64,000 nucleotides of DNA. Source: Neodothiora populina. Taxonomy: Eukaryota. Where the stretch lies: the NCBI RefSeq assembly GCF_041146345.1, contig NW_027191414.1, forward strand, positions 744,001 to 808,000, in the 5' to 3' direction. A program made the translations under genes and the position numbers. This document shows positions 37,085-50,083 of this stretch, one piece after another. The notes beneath the pieces were generated by a model. The model was not told the origin of the DNA. It saw nothing but the letters and a program-made list of their open reading frames with translations, and made no database searches. Positions within the stretch are counted from its first letter, which is position 1, and the number at the start of each line of letters is the position of its first letter.

Positions 37085-37592
37085 CCCTGCTGAAATGCTC
37101 AATGGGCAGCGAGGTGGTGGATTGCGTTGGACAAGAAGCTTACGGAGAGATCGTCAGAAACACGCTCTTTAGAGTTGCGGGGCACATGCAATGCATCACG
37201 CTAGAGGCTCGGGCCGCGCTGCTTTACAGTAAGACACCCTGAACCCGGATGACATGGCTGTGGCTCAGGCACAACACAGCATCTATCTTACAGAGTCTAT
37301 CTTTACCTCAAGGTTACTAAGGTACCTCGCATTGCATTGGGATAAGATTGACATGCGATACGTGATCATGATACCATGCCTGTTACTTACTTGATCACAA
37401 ACGTCTCCTCATCAACGTTCACTTTCATCGTTCCCCACGTGCCGTACCTTCTTCTCTAGCTGCTCTCCGACGACTCGGAGATTGTCTTACTTCCTCCCGG
37501 CCTTAGCCCAATCATCTCAACTTTCTGCCATTGGCGCACAACTCTGAACCAGACCCAGTCGAGCGCAACTGCTCACTTCGACCCATCCAATC

Positions 37593-39200
37593 ATGACGAC
37601 TCGCTACCGTGTAGAATGTGTGTACACCATCTCTATAACGCTCTGAGTGTTCCAAGTACTGACGGCCATTGCGATTCTCCCAGATGCCCTCAAGGTTTGT
37701 GACTTTAGCCTTCTATTCCAGGAATGATCAATGTCCATTCGCTAACAATTCCACCAGACCCATCGAAGGGATCAATTGGTAAGTGTACATGTACAGCAGA
37801 CGATTGACTCATCATATACTACATCTCGCAACTCCTGCTGTTCGTTCTCGATACTGATTCCTACCAGATAGAATGGATCAAGGGACTATTGGCTGTGCCC
37901 TTCGTTCTACTCTCCCAGCCGACTGGAGTATTCGAAAAGGACCGTCCAAACGTCCGAACCATGGCCGCGAACGCAAATGGTCGATATGCGCAGATCATGG
38001 CTGACGTGGAAGACCTCATTGAGGACCACATTGCACACCAAGTGTCTGATACACACTTACATTCAAAGCTCAAACATCTTGTGCCCAGTGTCGGCATTTT
38101 CTTCACTTCTCTGCCCCTGAAGGAAGCCTTCCTGTGGCAAGACGAACGACGTTTCATCAGTTCGCGCCGATTCGTCCCTCCCAGTTTCAACGATATTCGT
38201 CTTACTCTCAATACTGCTCAGGTCATGTCGCTAGTGAAGCAAGGCGGGCCCAAACTCATGACTTTCGATGGTGATGTGACGCTCTATGACGATGGTCAGT
38301 CCCTAACCAAAGACAACCCTGCCATCCCTCGATTGCTATACATGATGCGCAACGGCATAAGGATAGGTATAGTCACGGCTGCCGGTTATGTCGAATCTGC
38401 ACGATACTACGAGAGGCTTCACGGCCTATTGGATGCCGTAGCAGCGTCAGATCTGCCTGAAGACCTCAAAAAGAACCTTGTCGTCCTTGGTGGCGAGTCC
38501 AGCTATTTATTTCAGTTTGATGGCACAAGATCCGACCGGCTTGTACGCATCCCTCGTGAGCGTTGGGAGCTCGAGGAGATGCGCAGCTGGACCGAAACCG
38601 ACATCACTGAATTGCTTGACCTGGCCGACTCAGCTCTCAAGACATGTGTAGACTCGATGAACCTGCATGCAGACATACTGCGCAAAGAGCGCGCGGTCGG
38701 CATAATTCCCCGCGCAGGCTTCAAACTCTCGCGCGAACAACTGGAAGAAACCGTGCTTGTCTGTCAGAAGATCCTGGTAAGACAGCACATATGCATTACC
38801 AAGCCCCTGTCGTGCATGCGAGTGACTGACGAAGTAAAAAAACAATCAGGAAATGTCAGCCGTCGGCCGCAGACTGCCTTTCTGCGCTTTCAACGGAGGA
38901 AACGACGTCTTCATAGACATCGGCGACAAGTCGTGGGGTGTGCTGAGTTGCCAGCGATACTTTGGCGGCATCGAGGCTAAGAACTCGCTGCACGTCGGCG
39001 ACCAGTTCCTTTCTGTCGGCGCCAATGACTTCAAGGTATGCAAGAACTGTCACGCCGCTGGTTAGGATCCGTTCCACTAACGTGCGCAGGCTCGCATGAG
39101 CTCTTGTACGGCTTGGATCGCCTCGCCTGCCGAGACGGTGGCTCTTTTGGACGAGCTTACGGAGCTCGGCAAGACTCACGGGACGAACGCCCCGAAGTGA
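37593..39200 (+). CDS. ISN1: IMP-specific 5'-nucleotidase
   Basis: MTTRYRVE|YALK|THRRDQL|IEWIKGLL across micro-exons, HAD motif TFDGDVTLY, FNGGNDVFIDIGDKSWG and HVGDQF. The last exon ends in TGA at 39200. Confidence 0.95.
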
Positions 39201-39416
39201 TGGTAAAGGAAGGCAGAAGGAGCGGTTTTCAAGCATTCCTAATCATCACGAGTCTTTGTTGCTGATATGCCGATGCATATAGCTAGGTAGCTACCCCTGA
39301 AATCACGTCTCTAATCTTGAATTCATCCATAGCGTCGTATTCTCTATATCATAATATACATATGTAGATATACATATACAATTACCATCATCCCTACTCG
39401 ATCTCCTCCGCCCTTG

Positions 39417-42400
39417 TCATAGAAATGCACACCAACCGATATACATCTGACACAGATTCCACGGATCGACCGCCTGCGTGATCAGCGCATCGACATGCCC
39501 CTCGACACTCAACGGCACACTCTCACCCTTGAGAAAACCCCTCAACTTACCACTGACGCTATCGAGCACCTCCTGAGGCGTATCCGGCACACCGGGTATC
39601 GTGCGCTTCTTCCTGCCCACAAAGTCCGTCGTCGGGTCATAGACGAACGTCTCGAGGATGTTCATGAGCGTATCCTGATGCTGCCTGAGGAGCCCCAGGG
39701 TCAACTCCGCCGCCTTGCGGAACGGGCCCTCGTAGCCGTACGCGCCCATGGCGTCGACCATGTTGTGCGTCAGTCGGAACGGCACCACCTCGGGCTTCTC
39801 GAACGTCAGCCCTTTGTCGAACAAACAGTTAAAATCCACGTGGAACACCCCGCCCGTCCCTTCTTGCAGCAGGATGTTCTCGCCGTGGCGGTCGCCTAGC
39901 CCTAGTACGTGTCCGACCATCGACATCACTGCTGCTGAGCGCGCGTAGCGTATGCGGGCTGTGAACCAGGTTTCGGGCTCGGGGAACATCTCCGCGAACC
40001 ATTCGTACAGCACGGGTGGGAAGATGGGCAGGATTTGTTCTTTGAAGATGCCGACGTTGGCGGGGTCTTTGCTGGCGTCGCTGAGCAGGACGCGCAATTG
40101 GTTGTAGTTTGGCTGTATCCCTTTGCGCTGGTAGAGCTTGAGCAGGATGTCGCGGAGGGGCTTGATTCCCTCGACCCATTCGATGGTGCCGGATTCTTCG
40201 CTCAGCGGGGTCACGCCGTAGGTTTTGATGTAGAGGCGTCGTTTGCTTGTTTCCGCATCTCGCTTCAGCGCTCGGTTGATCATCGTGTTGAATTCCATTA
40301 GGCGCTGGTCTTTGCGCAGGTCGTCTTTCGGCTTGCACAGCAGGCCGTATAGCTTGCCGTCTGATCCCCGCACAGATAGCTTGCGCGGTCTTTGAAGTGA
40401 ACTGAGCACTAGGACGTCGTCGGAGAAGCCTGCGATCGTCACTTTGTCTTGTGCGAAGGGCACAAACTTGCGGATGTGATGTGCCTCCTGGACTACAGGG
40501 GTGTTGGCAATCAATGTCGACTCCAATGGTATGACCAGTGGACTGGGCGCTAATTTGTGGTTGAAACTCAGGTCCTTGGAGAGGCTGACGTTTGAAGCTC
40601 TTGATTCGATATGAATGTCGCATGCTTGGAGGAGTCCATCGGACAGTTTTTGACCCTGTATGATCATCATGCGCAGATCTATTCCAGGAGTGTCCAAGTG
40701 GTTGCGGTTCTTGGGATCCTTCAAACAAGTCAGATATGCAGTCGATTCTTGCACAGTGATACTCTACCTACCTTGAGTCGATTGAGGATAGCAGCTCCGC
40801 GATTTGCCCGTTCCGGTGAAGAAGACTTGATTACCGCCAACAGACTCCAAAGTGCCTGGCTCGGATGGGTAGAGACGATTTTCGAGATCATCAGTGCGAG
40901 GACCTCGTAGACACTAGGGTTCGGGTGGCTGATGCGGGATATCATTTGAGGCAACGCATTGTAGAACTAAATCACTGTCAGTTTCTGATGATCAGTCTCA
41001 AATACGAGCCGACTCACAATATATGGCGGTATGCGATCAAAGTATTTCTTTATCTGCTTGTGCACAGATTCAAGGTAGCGATTGCGCCGAGTGAGAATCT
41101 CTGTCTGCGGATCACCTCGTGCCTTGGTCATACAGTCTGCTCCAAGATCGAGCCAGAGCGTTATGATCTTTGGAATGGTCTGATACCAGTATTTTGACCC
41201 GAATGGCACTGATCGCAAGTAGTTTTCTATCACCAACTTGGTCATCTCACCGGACACGAAAGCATCGGACTGTTTCCCAGGTGGCAAGGACTTCTCAGCC
41301 TCCAGAATCTTGTTGTAGTGCTTGCCAAGGTAGTAATGGCCTTTCTCCCACCTAGCATGATACTTAGCCGCGTACTGATATCTAGTAGTGACCTCTGCAG
41401 TCTGAGTTTGTCCCGATGCGTCGAGCCATTTTGCAAGAAGAAGGTGCGCTCTCGCCGAAAGCATGTTTTGTTTCTGCTGACTTTCTGCCGGGTGACTGGG
41501 GTTCTGCATACGCTTGCTGTATGTTGCGAAGACGTCCGAAGCAATGGCACCTTCGAGACTCTGGATGGCTTGTCGATGTTGACCGTCACGCCAGAGCAGC
41601 CGCGCATGCTCGATTTTTCCGGCATCGTCGCCACATTCGAAAGCCTTGAGCACTGCATAATGAGCGCAGCTGGGAACATTGGCCTTGCGCGCTAGTCGTG
41701 CTGTCGTCAGCCAGGATGACCCGATGTCAATTTTGGTGAAGTCGATAGCAGAAAGTCCCATGACAGCTCGGCGGATGCCTAAAAGATATTGTTTGTCTGA
41801 GATATACGAGCCAATGACAGCCAACCTTCTGTCCATAGTTTCTAGCAGTGAAGATATGCCTTTCTCGTCCGTCTTTTCATGGCCAAAGCCGCTGAGCGCT
41901 TCCATTTCGTAGACGGCATGCAACCTCAACAATATATCATGGCATGATTGCAAAGAGGCCGCAGCAACACTTGTCATACTCTTGACTGTGGTGTCTCGAA
42001 GGTCAGTAATTGTTGCCTTGACTGCATCGTTGTCTTTCCTCTGTAGTGCCAGAAGGAATTTAGCAACACCCGTGTCAAAGTTGCTGACACCTTGGTTGGA
42101 AAGCTTTTTCAACTCGTCTCGTAAGTGGTCTAATCGCCCAGTCGACCAAGATGATTCCAGGACGAAGGAGGAGATTCTCGAATCGCACTGTCCTTTTAAG
42201 GATGCTTCTTTGCTGTAATGAGACGCATATCGCAGGACTTGATCTGAGATCTGTTAGCAGCGCTCCTCAATGCCTTCACATGTTGAGACCTACCAAGTTG
42301 GCCCGATTCTCGTAAGCAACTCAACAACTGTGCTTGAACATTGGTCTCGTTTGGGGCCTTTTCCAGCTCGATCTCGTACCAGCTCTGTGCCGCTGACCAT

Positions 42401-45400
42401 CGACCTGCCCTCCTCTGCTGGAATGCTTGCTGCTCAGGACTCAAGATGTTAAGATGAGCAGAGATCCCGTCCAGCCCATCAGGCTCGTCGATGTGAGCAT
42501 ATATCGAGTGCAGGCGCTGGAACAGTGCATCTTGCTCAGAAGGTTCTTTGTTCGAGGTCTGTTCCTGTTCGCGCATGGAATATTCCCAGTGATACAGAGC
42601 GCGAGCATATGACCCACATTCCATGGCACGTTTTGCAATGATGTCCGCTGGAATAGACTGTATGACTCTTTCGACACTTGAGATTTGTCCAAGGTCTCTC
42701 GCCTCATCGAATTCTGACGGTGCATGACCAGCGCGGGCTGCTGCTGTGCGGGACACAGTCATGGTGCGTTTCTTTTCCTGTACCCATTTGGACATGTAAT
42801 CTAGCACGGCAAATACATTCTGTAGAGATGTCAGTAAACGCGACGATGTAATTATTCAGGGTACATACCTCGCTACATTGTCGAAGGACCTCCTTTTTTG
42901 GCTGTAGGTCTGATTCGGTAGACAACACAACCAGCAGCTCATCTGCAATGTCTTTTGTCTCTTGCTCAGTGCCGCCAAGGACAATGTTCAGCGCAACGTA
43001 CGGCAGCAAGAAGCTGGCGATTGACAAATCTCGGCCTCGCGTAACGCGTGCAAGGGTTGGAAACAGCATCTCTGCATTGTCGCCTTTGCCTCGCCATAGC
43101 ATATCATAAACCCATGTCTGGAGCCAGCTACTGTGTGTCGAGTCTTGAGAGAACACAGTGCCAGTGCGCTTGTCAGGCTCGATCTTGGTCATAGTTTTAA
43201 CCATATATCTAGAACTCAGAAATGGTGTCAATGTGTTGCGAACGCTGGCGGGCATGTCGATCCATCGTGTATATGCTGGGCTGGCTTGAGAAGCTCTCAA
43301 CCTGACGGAAGCGACTTCGTTAAAACCACAGAAGCGGACAAGCTCCTGCATAACCCACGCCATAAAGCCTTGAATCCGGGTATCAGTGCTTGACTTGAAG
43401 GCAGGAACGATGACATCTTCAAGCATGATCGCAACCCAATCTATGACTTCCGAAGCCTTCTCGAAGTTGGACAATACCAGCACCTGCCTTGTCGTGCTGG
43501 AAGCATCGATCCGATTGGGATCAAGACAACCAACAACGCCTAAGCATTGAGCTGAGAGTGCCACCATATCCTGCCTATGCGGCGTGTATTTGGTGCAAAC
43601 ATCAAGAAGAGCGCGGGTGACGTCCGCTATCACCGCCTTCGGCTGTTCGCTCACTGTCGCTTCATGAATTATGCTCTGGTTCTCCTCTAACCATGGCACC
43701 AACTCTTTGAGTGCGAGGGCAACGATAGAGGCATTGTCATCTAGCAGTCGTTGGACGAACGCACGAAGATGTGTCTCTGGCAATTCACGCTCTTTTAGTC
43801 GTTGGATCTCAGACTCGAACTTGGACAATAAAGGGATTGCAGCCAAGGACGGAATCGTTATAACTTTCTCTCTTATTAGATTACTGTGAGATTTCAGCAT
43901 CTCCCCCATACAATCATAAAGAGCTTGTTGAGTCTCGGTCGATAGGTCAAACCAGTGTTCGACCACTAATGCGAAGGTTTGGTCAAGCACGTCGACCACA
44001 TCGTTGCCATCCAGTGTTGAGACCAAGGAGATCCAGGCTGACAGCGCTGCATCTTGTAATCCTTTCTGTTGTGCCGCCGATTGCAAGCACGCTCGAATCT
44101 GAGGCAGAGCGATTATGATGTTCTTCTGTGCTAGTTTTATCATCTGATCAATCGCCATAATGCAGCGGTTTTTCTCTGATAAGTGCAGTGAAAGTGTGTA
44201 TTCGATAGCATTTGTGAATTCCGTCATAATACCTAGAACGTGAGCTTCAAAAAAGCTAGCCATCATCTTACTGCCTTTGCCGCTAGCTCTCCCTTGACCG
44301 GGACTTCGTTCAGCGATCACAGCGAATTGTTGGATAGCGTGGTATATCCTCGTCAAACCCGACTGGTCTTCGTCGGCCGCGGCTTTCAGCATCTCACAAG
44401 CTATGAGCACGGGGTCGAGTTTAATGAAACCTGCTAAGTCACTATTCCGTAGACCCGGAGCGACATCCGTCAAGTGGTTCATTGCACTCTGCTCGACGTC
44501 AGAAGATGGCTGAGCCAGCAGATAGGCGAGAACGGCAGCGAGATTGGATGGAGGCGACAGAATTATGTCTTGAATACTGGTGTCGGGACCTCGCGCCATA
44601 GCTATGCGCTGGAGGACGTCTGTTTTCTTCGTGAAAACGAGGAAAGGAATGGTCTCGCGTTGAGTGAGTACAAGAAAGCTGTTGATTCTCATTTCGAGAA
44701 GCTCTGCGAGCTGTTGAATCTTTTGAGGTTTAGTGATGATATCTTGTACCACTGCTATAGCGATGCTTCGGTAGTACGAGCGCAGGAGCGCTTGCGGCGA
44801 AAGCGACCTACTTTCGGAAACCCCTTCCAGCTCACTGAAGGCTAGGGCGCATACCAGTGAATTGGGATGACCGAGATAGTCAACCAGGCGAAGCAGTGCC
44901 AGATTGAGCTCCTCCTCACCGCAGACCATAGCGATCTGGCCCCAAGTCAATATCAACGTTTCATGGTGGCAATTTGCGTCTTGTGCCGAGAACGTTCGGA
45001 GAAAATTCAATGCGAGTCGTCGGTTGTTGTCACGCAGGCTTGGTGGTAGATTCTCCCGTAAAAAAGCCACCAGTGTTCGTCCAGCAGCAATGCGTAGCTC
45101 TCGCGATGAGCTATAGAGGGAGCGCAAACACCACTGAGCGAACAAGGATTGGTTAAGGTCCAGATATGTAGCGTCAACAGTATGCATAACAAAGGACCGG
45201 ATCGCTAGCATGGCAAGTACTCGTTCCTTGCCCGATTTCTGCAGTTCAGGGCTCTCATAAAGCTCGTTGAATATCGATGCTACTTCTTTGCAGTCATTTT
45301 CCCGAGCGCTGCCATCCCAGGTGAGGCATGGCCGGCTAAGTAAGCGCCTGTCTGAGTGGCATGCCGCGCATCTACCTTTCTTGAAGGAGTCTGCACCGGC

Positions 45401-47017
45401 GCAAGGACAAGCACCTAACGTTTGCCATAATTGTCTACGGTCAGATTCGCTCAAGGCAGCATAGCAGGGTCGTGCAACGTGGGACAAGCCATGGATGCCA
45501 GCATCAGTATTACTGCCAAGTAGCATGGCTAGTCGACGTAACAGGTTGTCATAAAAACTTTTAGTCACAGTCTCGCCAGAGCCATTGTGCTCGCCTATTT
45601 GGCGTAGTTTGCGCCGTTTGAGCGGGTTCGTCTCTATGTTCTGAGAATTGCCGGGGTCCTTGTTGACTGTGACATCCGCCATGATAGCATCACCTTGTTC
45701 ATCGGAGTTGTTACTCGCCCATATTGGTAGGTCTTCCCCGAGCTTAAGTAGCCACTGGCGTACAGCAGTCGCAAGGTTAGCTTGCGCTTGCTGAAAGTGA
45801 AGTTGATCGGAAGTGAAAGCGTGTAACGCAGGTAAGAGGAACTCTCGAACCACCATCTCCTCGAGCCCCTTTTGGCCGTGCAAGACGGTTTGCATGATAG
45901 TGCCAAGCTCATGCTGAACTTCACTGCTAAGAGGGCGGTTCGATGAGGCCTGCAAGAAGCCTGAGCAGCATTGACAGAATCGAAGAAGGCTTTGACTATA
46001 TAGATGCTTGGCCTCTGTGTGATGTACTGAGGTACTTGAAATCACATGAGCATAGCATTGCAAGGTCCGGGTTGTCAGGTCCTCAAAATTCAGACTGGTC
46101 TCGAGGTAGTCGCGGTGTCTGAGTAAGAGTATGGCGAATGCTGGCATGATGTCGAGGACCCAATTCTGCAGGCCTCCCATATCAGACCGCAGCTTGGGGT
46201 GCGATACTTGCCGGGATGATGCTATTTCCACTGCGCAATCAAGAATCATGAGTAAAAGCTTGAAGGCAGAAACGCCATCATTCACCCCAATTTGATGTTC
46301 TGGCTGGAAGGCCGACGTTTGGTGTACCTCAGGTCTAAGTGACACCAAGCTTCTACGAGGAGGTAAACTTATTGCTATGGTCCTGGGCCATGACAAAGAA
46401 CGACACGTCTGTAGAACGGTCATGAGATCAGTGACACTGTCCTGCATCAAGCCGAGCAACGCATGGCTATATGGCCAATGTTCCAGCGTCCGGTCGAGAC
46501 CTTGAACCATACATCGTAGCAACGACACCAGACGAGGTCGTAAGGAAGCACCCTTGGGATGAATGGACAAAGAGAATATCCTAGGAAGAAGCAGTAACAG
46601 CAGATGTGTCTGTGGCTGTGCATGAACGAGATTGTCATATAGCAAGACGTCTGGCTGTCTTGCTATCACAGACTCTATAACAGCAAGACCATCGAGAGCC
46701 TGAGGCAAGAGAACATCCCATTGTGCAAAGGGATTATTTTGTAGTATGACATCCACACCAGCTTCAACTACAACTTGAACAAGTTTATAATTGACATCGA
46801 CATCCGTCTCTGGAGCCAGAGTCTCGCTAAGAATCTCCTGGAGAAGCTGCCGGAATGTTGCGACGTCATCTACCTGTCGTGACCCACGGGACACTTGAGC
46901 ATGGTTTTTGACAAGCTGTGCTGCGATGGTTGATGGAGGAGGCGCATCTGGTGGAAACTCATCGCCACTGTACAAGGACTGGTTGCGAGCATTCGGCAAG
47001 CTCAGTCGTCCTACCAT
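39417..47017 (-). CDS. MEC1: ATR/Mec1/Rad3/UvsB PI3K-like checkpoint kinase
   Basis: Long HEAT/UME region, FAT domain, kinase motifs KPKDDLRKDQRLMEFN, GLGDRHGENIL and HVDFNCLF, and FATC end LCQMYIGWCAFL. Four short introns join the ORF fragments. Confidence 0.96.
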
Positions 47018-47144
47018 TCTGCCGAATTATTTTGCAAGTACAAGTGCTCATACCTGTCATTCTCTCAACGAAACGCCTTCATTTGTAGTCTTCTGTGGTG
47101 ATGATCAAAACATGTAGATGTAGAGCAACGAGATAGAAACTATA

Positions 47145-47174
47145 CCGCGGCCAAGCGCGTCGCGACATCACGTG
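47145..47174. promoter_or_regulatory. CGCG-rich MCB-like cluster plus CACGTG in the MEC1/COX16 bidirectional promoter
   Basis: ccgcgg-ccaa-gcgcgtcgcgac-at-cacgtg sits mid-way in a 267-bp head-to-head gap. Confidence 0.45.
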
Positions 47175-47284
47175 CTGTCTGAAAGTGCTTCGGATGCGTT
47201 GGAACTCTTACCAGGCATCGTCGGATTGAACTTCTCGACAGACTTGCTATATACCATCTTGCATAACATACTTCACTGTACAAC

Positions 47285-47681
47285 ATGGCGATTTTTCCAG
47301 CTAAACGTTTCAGGCCCAGCTCATACGAAGCATCGTTGCCTTCCAAGTACAGGGCAGCGCTTGCAAAACACCCGTTCATGCTATTCGGTTTACCGTTTAT
47401 CGCAACTATGGTCCTGGGATCGTTCTTCCTCACACCCGCAACTGCTATAAGATATGAAAAGCATGACAGAAAGATCAAACAGTTGAGCAAGGAAGAGGAG
47501 CTCGGAATCGGAAAGGACCGTCGAAGAATCGATCTGAAGGAGGAGTACTATGTAAGGTGGCCATCGCCTGTTATCAGGTTCATCAAGCTAACCGACGAAG
47601 AAACTTGCTGCAAAGGACTTGGACAACTGGGAGCAGAAGAGGGTCAAGAGACTACCTGGAGAACATGATGGTATCCTCTAA
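47285..47681 (+). CDS. COX16: Cytochrome c oxidase assembly protein COX16
   Basis: KHPFMLFGLPF...SFFLTPATAIRYEKHD, intron 47552-47600, then KLAAKDLDNWEQKRVKRLPGE. Confidence 0.93.
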
Positions 47682-47988
47682 GTTGCCTCTTTGTTTATGA
47701 GCTTATGGCGCATTATGAAGTATGGTCATAGAGAAGCTACAGAACACCAATAAACGCAGCTCTGCGACAATGCTCCGTCGAAGAGTTTTACACAATACCA
47801 TCAAGCTCTTTATAAAGCACATGTTCGGGATATATCTATCTATCACCCAACTCCTCATGATGGACCACATGGAGCAGGAATCCAAGGGACAAGGCTACCG
47901 GTCAGGTGGTGCCCCTGGCCGACCTACACAACCAGCGTCTGCATCACCAACCGGACCCACTAACAGGCACCGCTTAATGTACAGTAGC

Positions 47989-49443
47989 CTAGGCCCGCAA
48001 CGTTGGGAGAGATTTTCCTTCTTTCTCATATCCTTTCAGCCTCCTGGCTTTCGCATCTTCCATGCGCGCAACAGCATCCTCAAACTTGATATCAGTCACA
48101 CTGGAGACGTCAACCTGTTTTTCCAGACCGGACTTGGCTGCGATCCATGTGCCGTTGGTCTCAACCTTTCCCTCGACACACGTCCTGCAAAAGGTGCCCC
48201 ATGACTTCACGCATCGGGTACTCGTCTGTAGGGTCGGAATAACCATGGCGAAACAATGTGGCATGGCCTCATACTGCTCCCACTGCACTACCACACCTTG
48301 GCTAGCCGCTCGGACGGCAACAATTGCATCTTCGTCGGTCAACAATTCTTGCCCAGTCTCAATCCACATCGGAGGCGAACCCGTCCAATTCGACGCGGCA
48401 AGAGGAGAAACAAGAGGGTGCGTCATAAGAGAAAGATCACAAAATATGTCACCTCGGGGAGGATTCGTTGGCCAAAGATCGTCCTGGGGGAACTTTGCAA
48501 AAGTGTCGTGGCTCGCAGGTGGAAGATAATCGAATTTCGCGTTATGGTCCAGAGACGGCATCGCACGGCTGATGTCAAACCAACCACTGTTCGCTGTGAC
48601 TCCAGCGGGCAGAGGAACTTCGACCTCTTTTCCATGGTATTGCACAGTGGGAGTCGAAGATGATGTGCGATGAAGTTGAAGCAGTAGCTGGAGTAGCGCG
48701 AACACGACGTTGCCTCCAGCGCTATCCCCAGCGAAAACGATCTCGTTAGCCGGAACCGGTTCGTGTAACGCATTCTCGGGAGGATATAGCAGGTAGAGGT
48801 AGGAATTTAGTGCGTCGAGTAGTTGCGAAGGAAATGCATGCTTAGGTGCCAGTCGATACCCAACAGACATCGCTCGTCCGTTACTCTCTTCAACAAGCCG
48901 GCGGACCGACTCTCTATGAGTACCAAATGAGCAGAGATAGTACGCGCCTCCGTGGAAATAGAGAATAGTAGTCTTGCTTGTGCGCGCTGGATCATCCATC
49001 ATAGAAGCGTAGCGTTCTTGGTCGGAGGCAGCGGGTGATTGCTCATGAGGCCGGGCACTACTGCGATGACCCGTCCACTCCACGTCCAAGGCGTCCAGAC
49101 TCGGCTTGACATAAGCCTCGGTGCCATCTCCCAAGTCCTCGATTGCCTTGAAAGTCGCCGCTGTAAGAGTCTCCTGCTCCGGTACTGGTATCACGGCTTT
49201 GGCCACCCATGTATTGTCCTTTACGCCAGGGTCCTTCAGTGTCCGTTGTTGTATCTTTCCGATAGGCTGTAACTTGTTACTCGGATCCATCAGGGAGCGA
49301 AGCACATGCACTGTCATTTCGGTGCGAAAATCCCATTTCGTCGAGTTGGCCGAATATCCCAGCGAGTGAACGAGAGCGGCTCTCGCTATGCCAGGCACTC
49401 GCGGCACAAAGAACTTGAGCAGTCCTGACGGAGAGTCGTCCAT
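47989..49443 (-). CDS. Alpha/beta hydrolase, HSL/GDXG-type esterase or deacetylase
   Basis: Intronless 484-aa ORF with YFHGGAY, YRLAP, GDSAGG and MPHCF catalytic motifs. Confidence 0.9.
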   Translation of the reverse strand: MDDSPSGLLKFFVPRVPGIARAALVHSLGYSANSTKWDFRTEMTVHVLRSLMDPSNKLQPIGKIQQRTLKDPGVKDNTWVAKAVIPVPEQETLTAATFKAIEDLGDGTEAYVKPSLDALDVEWTGHRSSARPHEQSPAASDQERYASMMDDPARTSKTTILYFHGGAYYLCSFGTHRESVRRLVEESNGRAMSVGYRLAPKHAFPSQLLDALNSYLYLLYPPENALHEPVPANEIVFAGDSAGGNVVFALLQLLLQLHRTSSSTPTVQYHGKEVEVPLPAGVTANSGWFDISRAMPSLDHNAKFDYLPPASHDTFAKFPQDDLWPTNPPRGDIFCDLSLMTHPLVSPLAASNWTGSPPMWIETGQELLTDEDAIVAVRAASQGVVVQWEQYEAMPHCFAMVIPTLQTSTRCVKSWGTFCRTCVEGKVETNGTWIAAKSGLEKQVDVSSVTDIKFEDAVARMEDAKARRLKGYEKEGKSLPTLRA

Positions 49444-50083
49444 TTTCTTTTTGGTAGTAGTCCTGCTCTTTGTCTTGAACTACTGTGAACCTATGATATT
49501 GCGGCCAGAGACTTATGTTGGATTAAGGGGTGGTTTTGTAAAAACAGAATTCATAAAAGGTAGATATCTAGATGGTATATGATCGAAACGTCATGCGCCT
49601 CGGCTCAAGGCACATGCCCACGGGGGAGGCGGTTCAATGGCAGCAGTAGCATAGCGATCGGTGCCCGTTTGCTCTAGTGCACACGGCATAGCTTATTATC
49701 CATTGAAGCCGTACCGACAGCATGTAGACTGTGAGCCGTCTCAAGCAGTTCTTACGAAGCGGTCCATTTCGTAGTAGTAGACAATGATCTATCAACATTT
49801 GCATGTTTCTCGGGGGTGGAAGCTCCGCATGATAATGCATGGATGCATAGGTAGTGCTCGCATACATCAATGCATAAAGTTCGGAAGTGGTCCGGATGTT
49901 GTCCCCCATCTTCCCCACCATGCCATCATTGCTCGAACGAACATGAGAATGAAGAGGCTTGGGATGATAAATAATACTTCGCTTGTATACAATACTTTCC
50001 ACAATTGTAGCTTTGCATCATCTCTTCTCCCAAATACTTGACATCATCAATTTAACATCCTTCTTGTGCTATCCTCTTCAAAG

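Noticed and set aside
39829..40728. 299-aa alternative-frame ORF within the MEC1 kinase region, and similar antisense ORFs in ERG13, MED17 and YAK1
   Set aside because: These are expected by-products of GC-rich codon usage in genuine coding regions.
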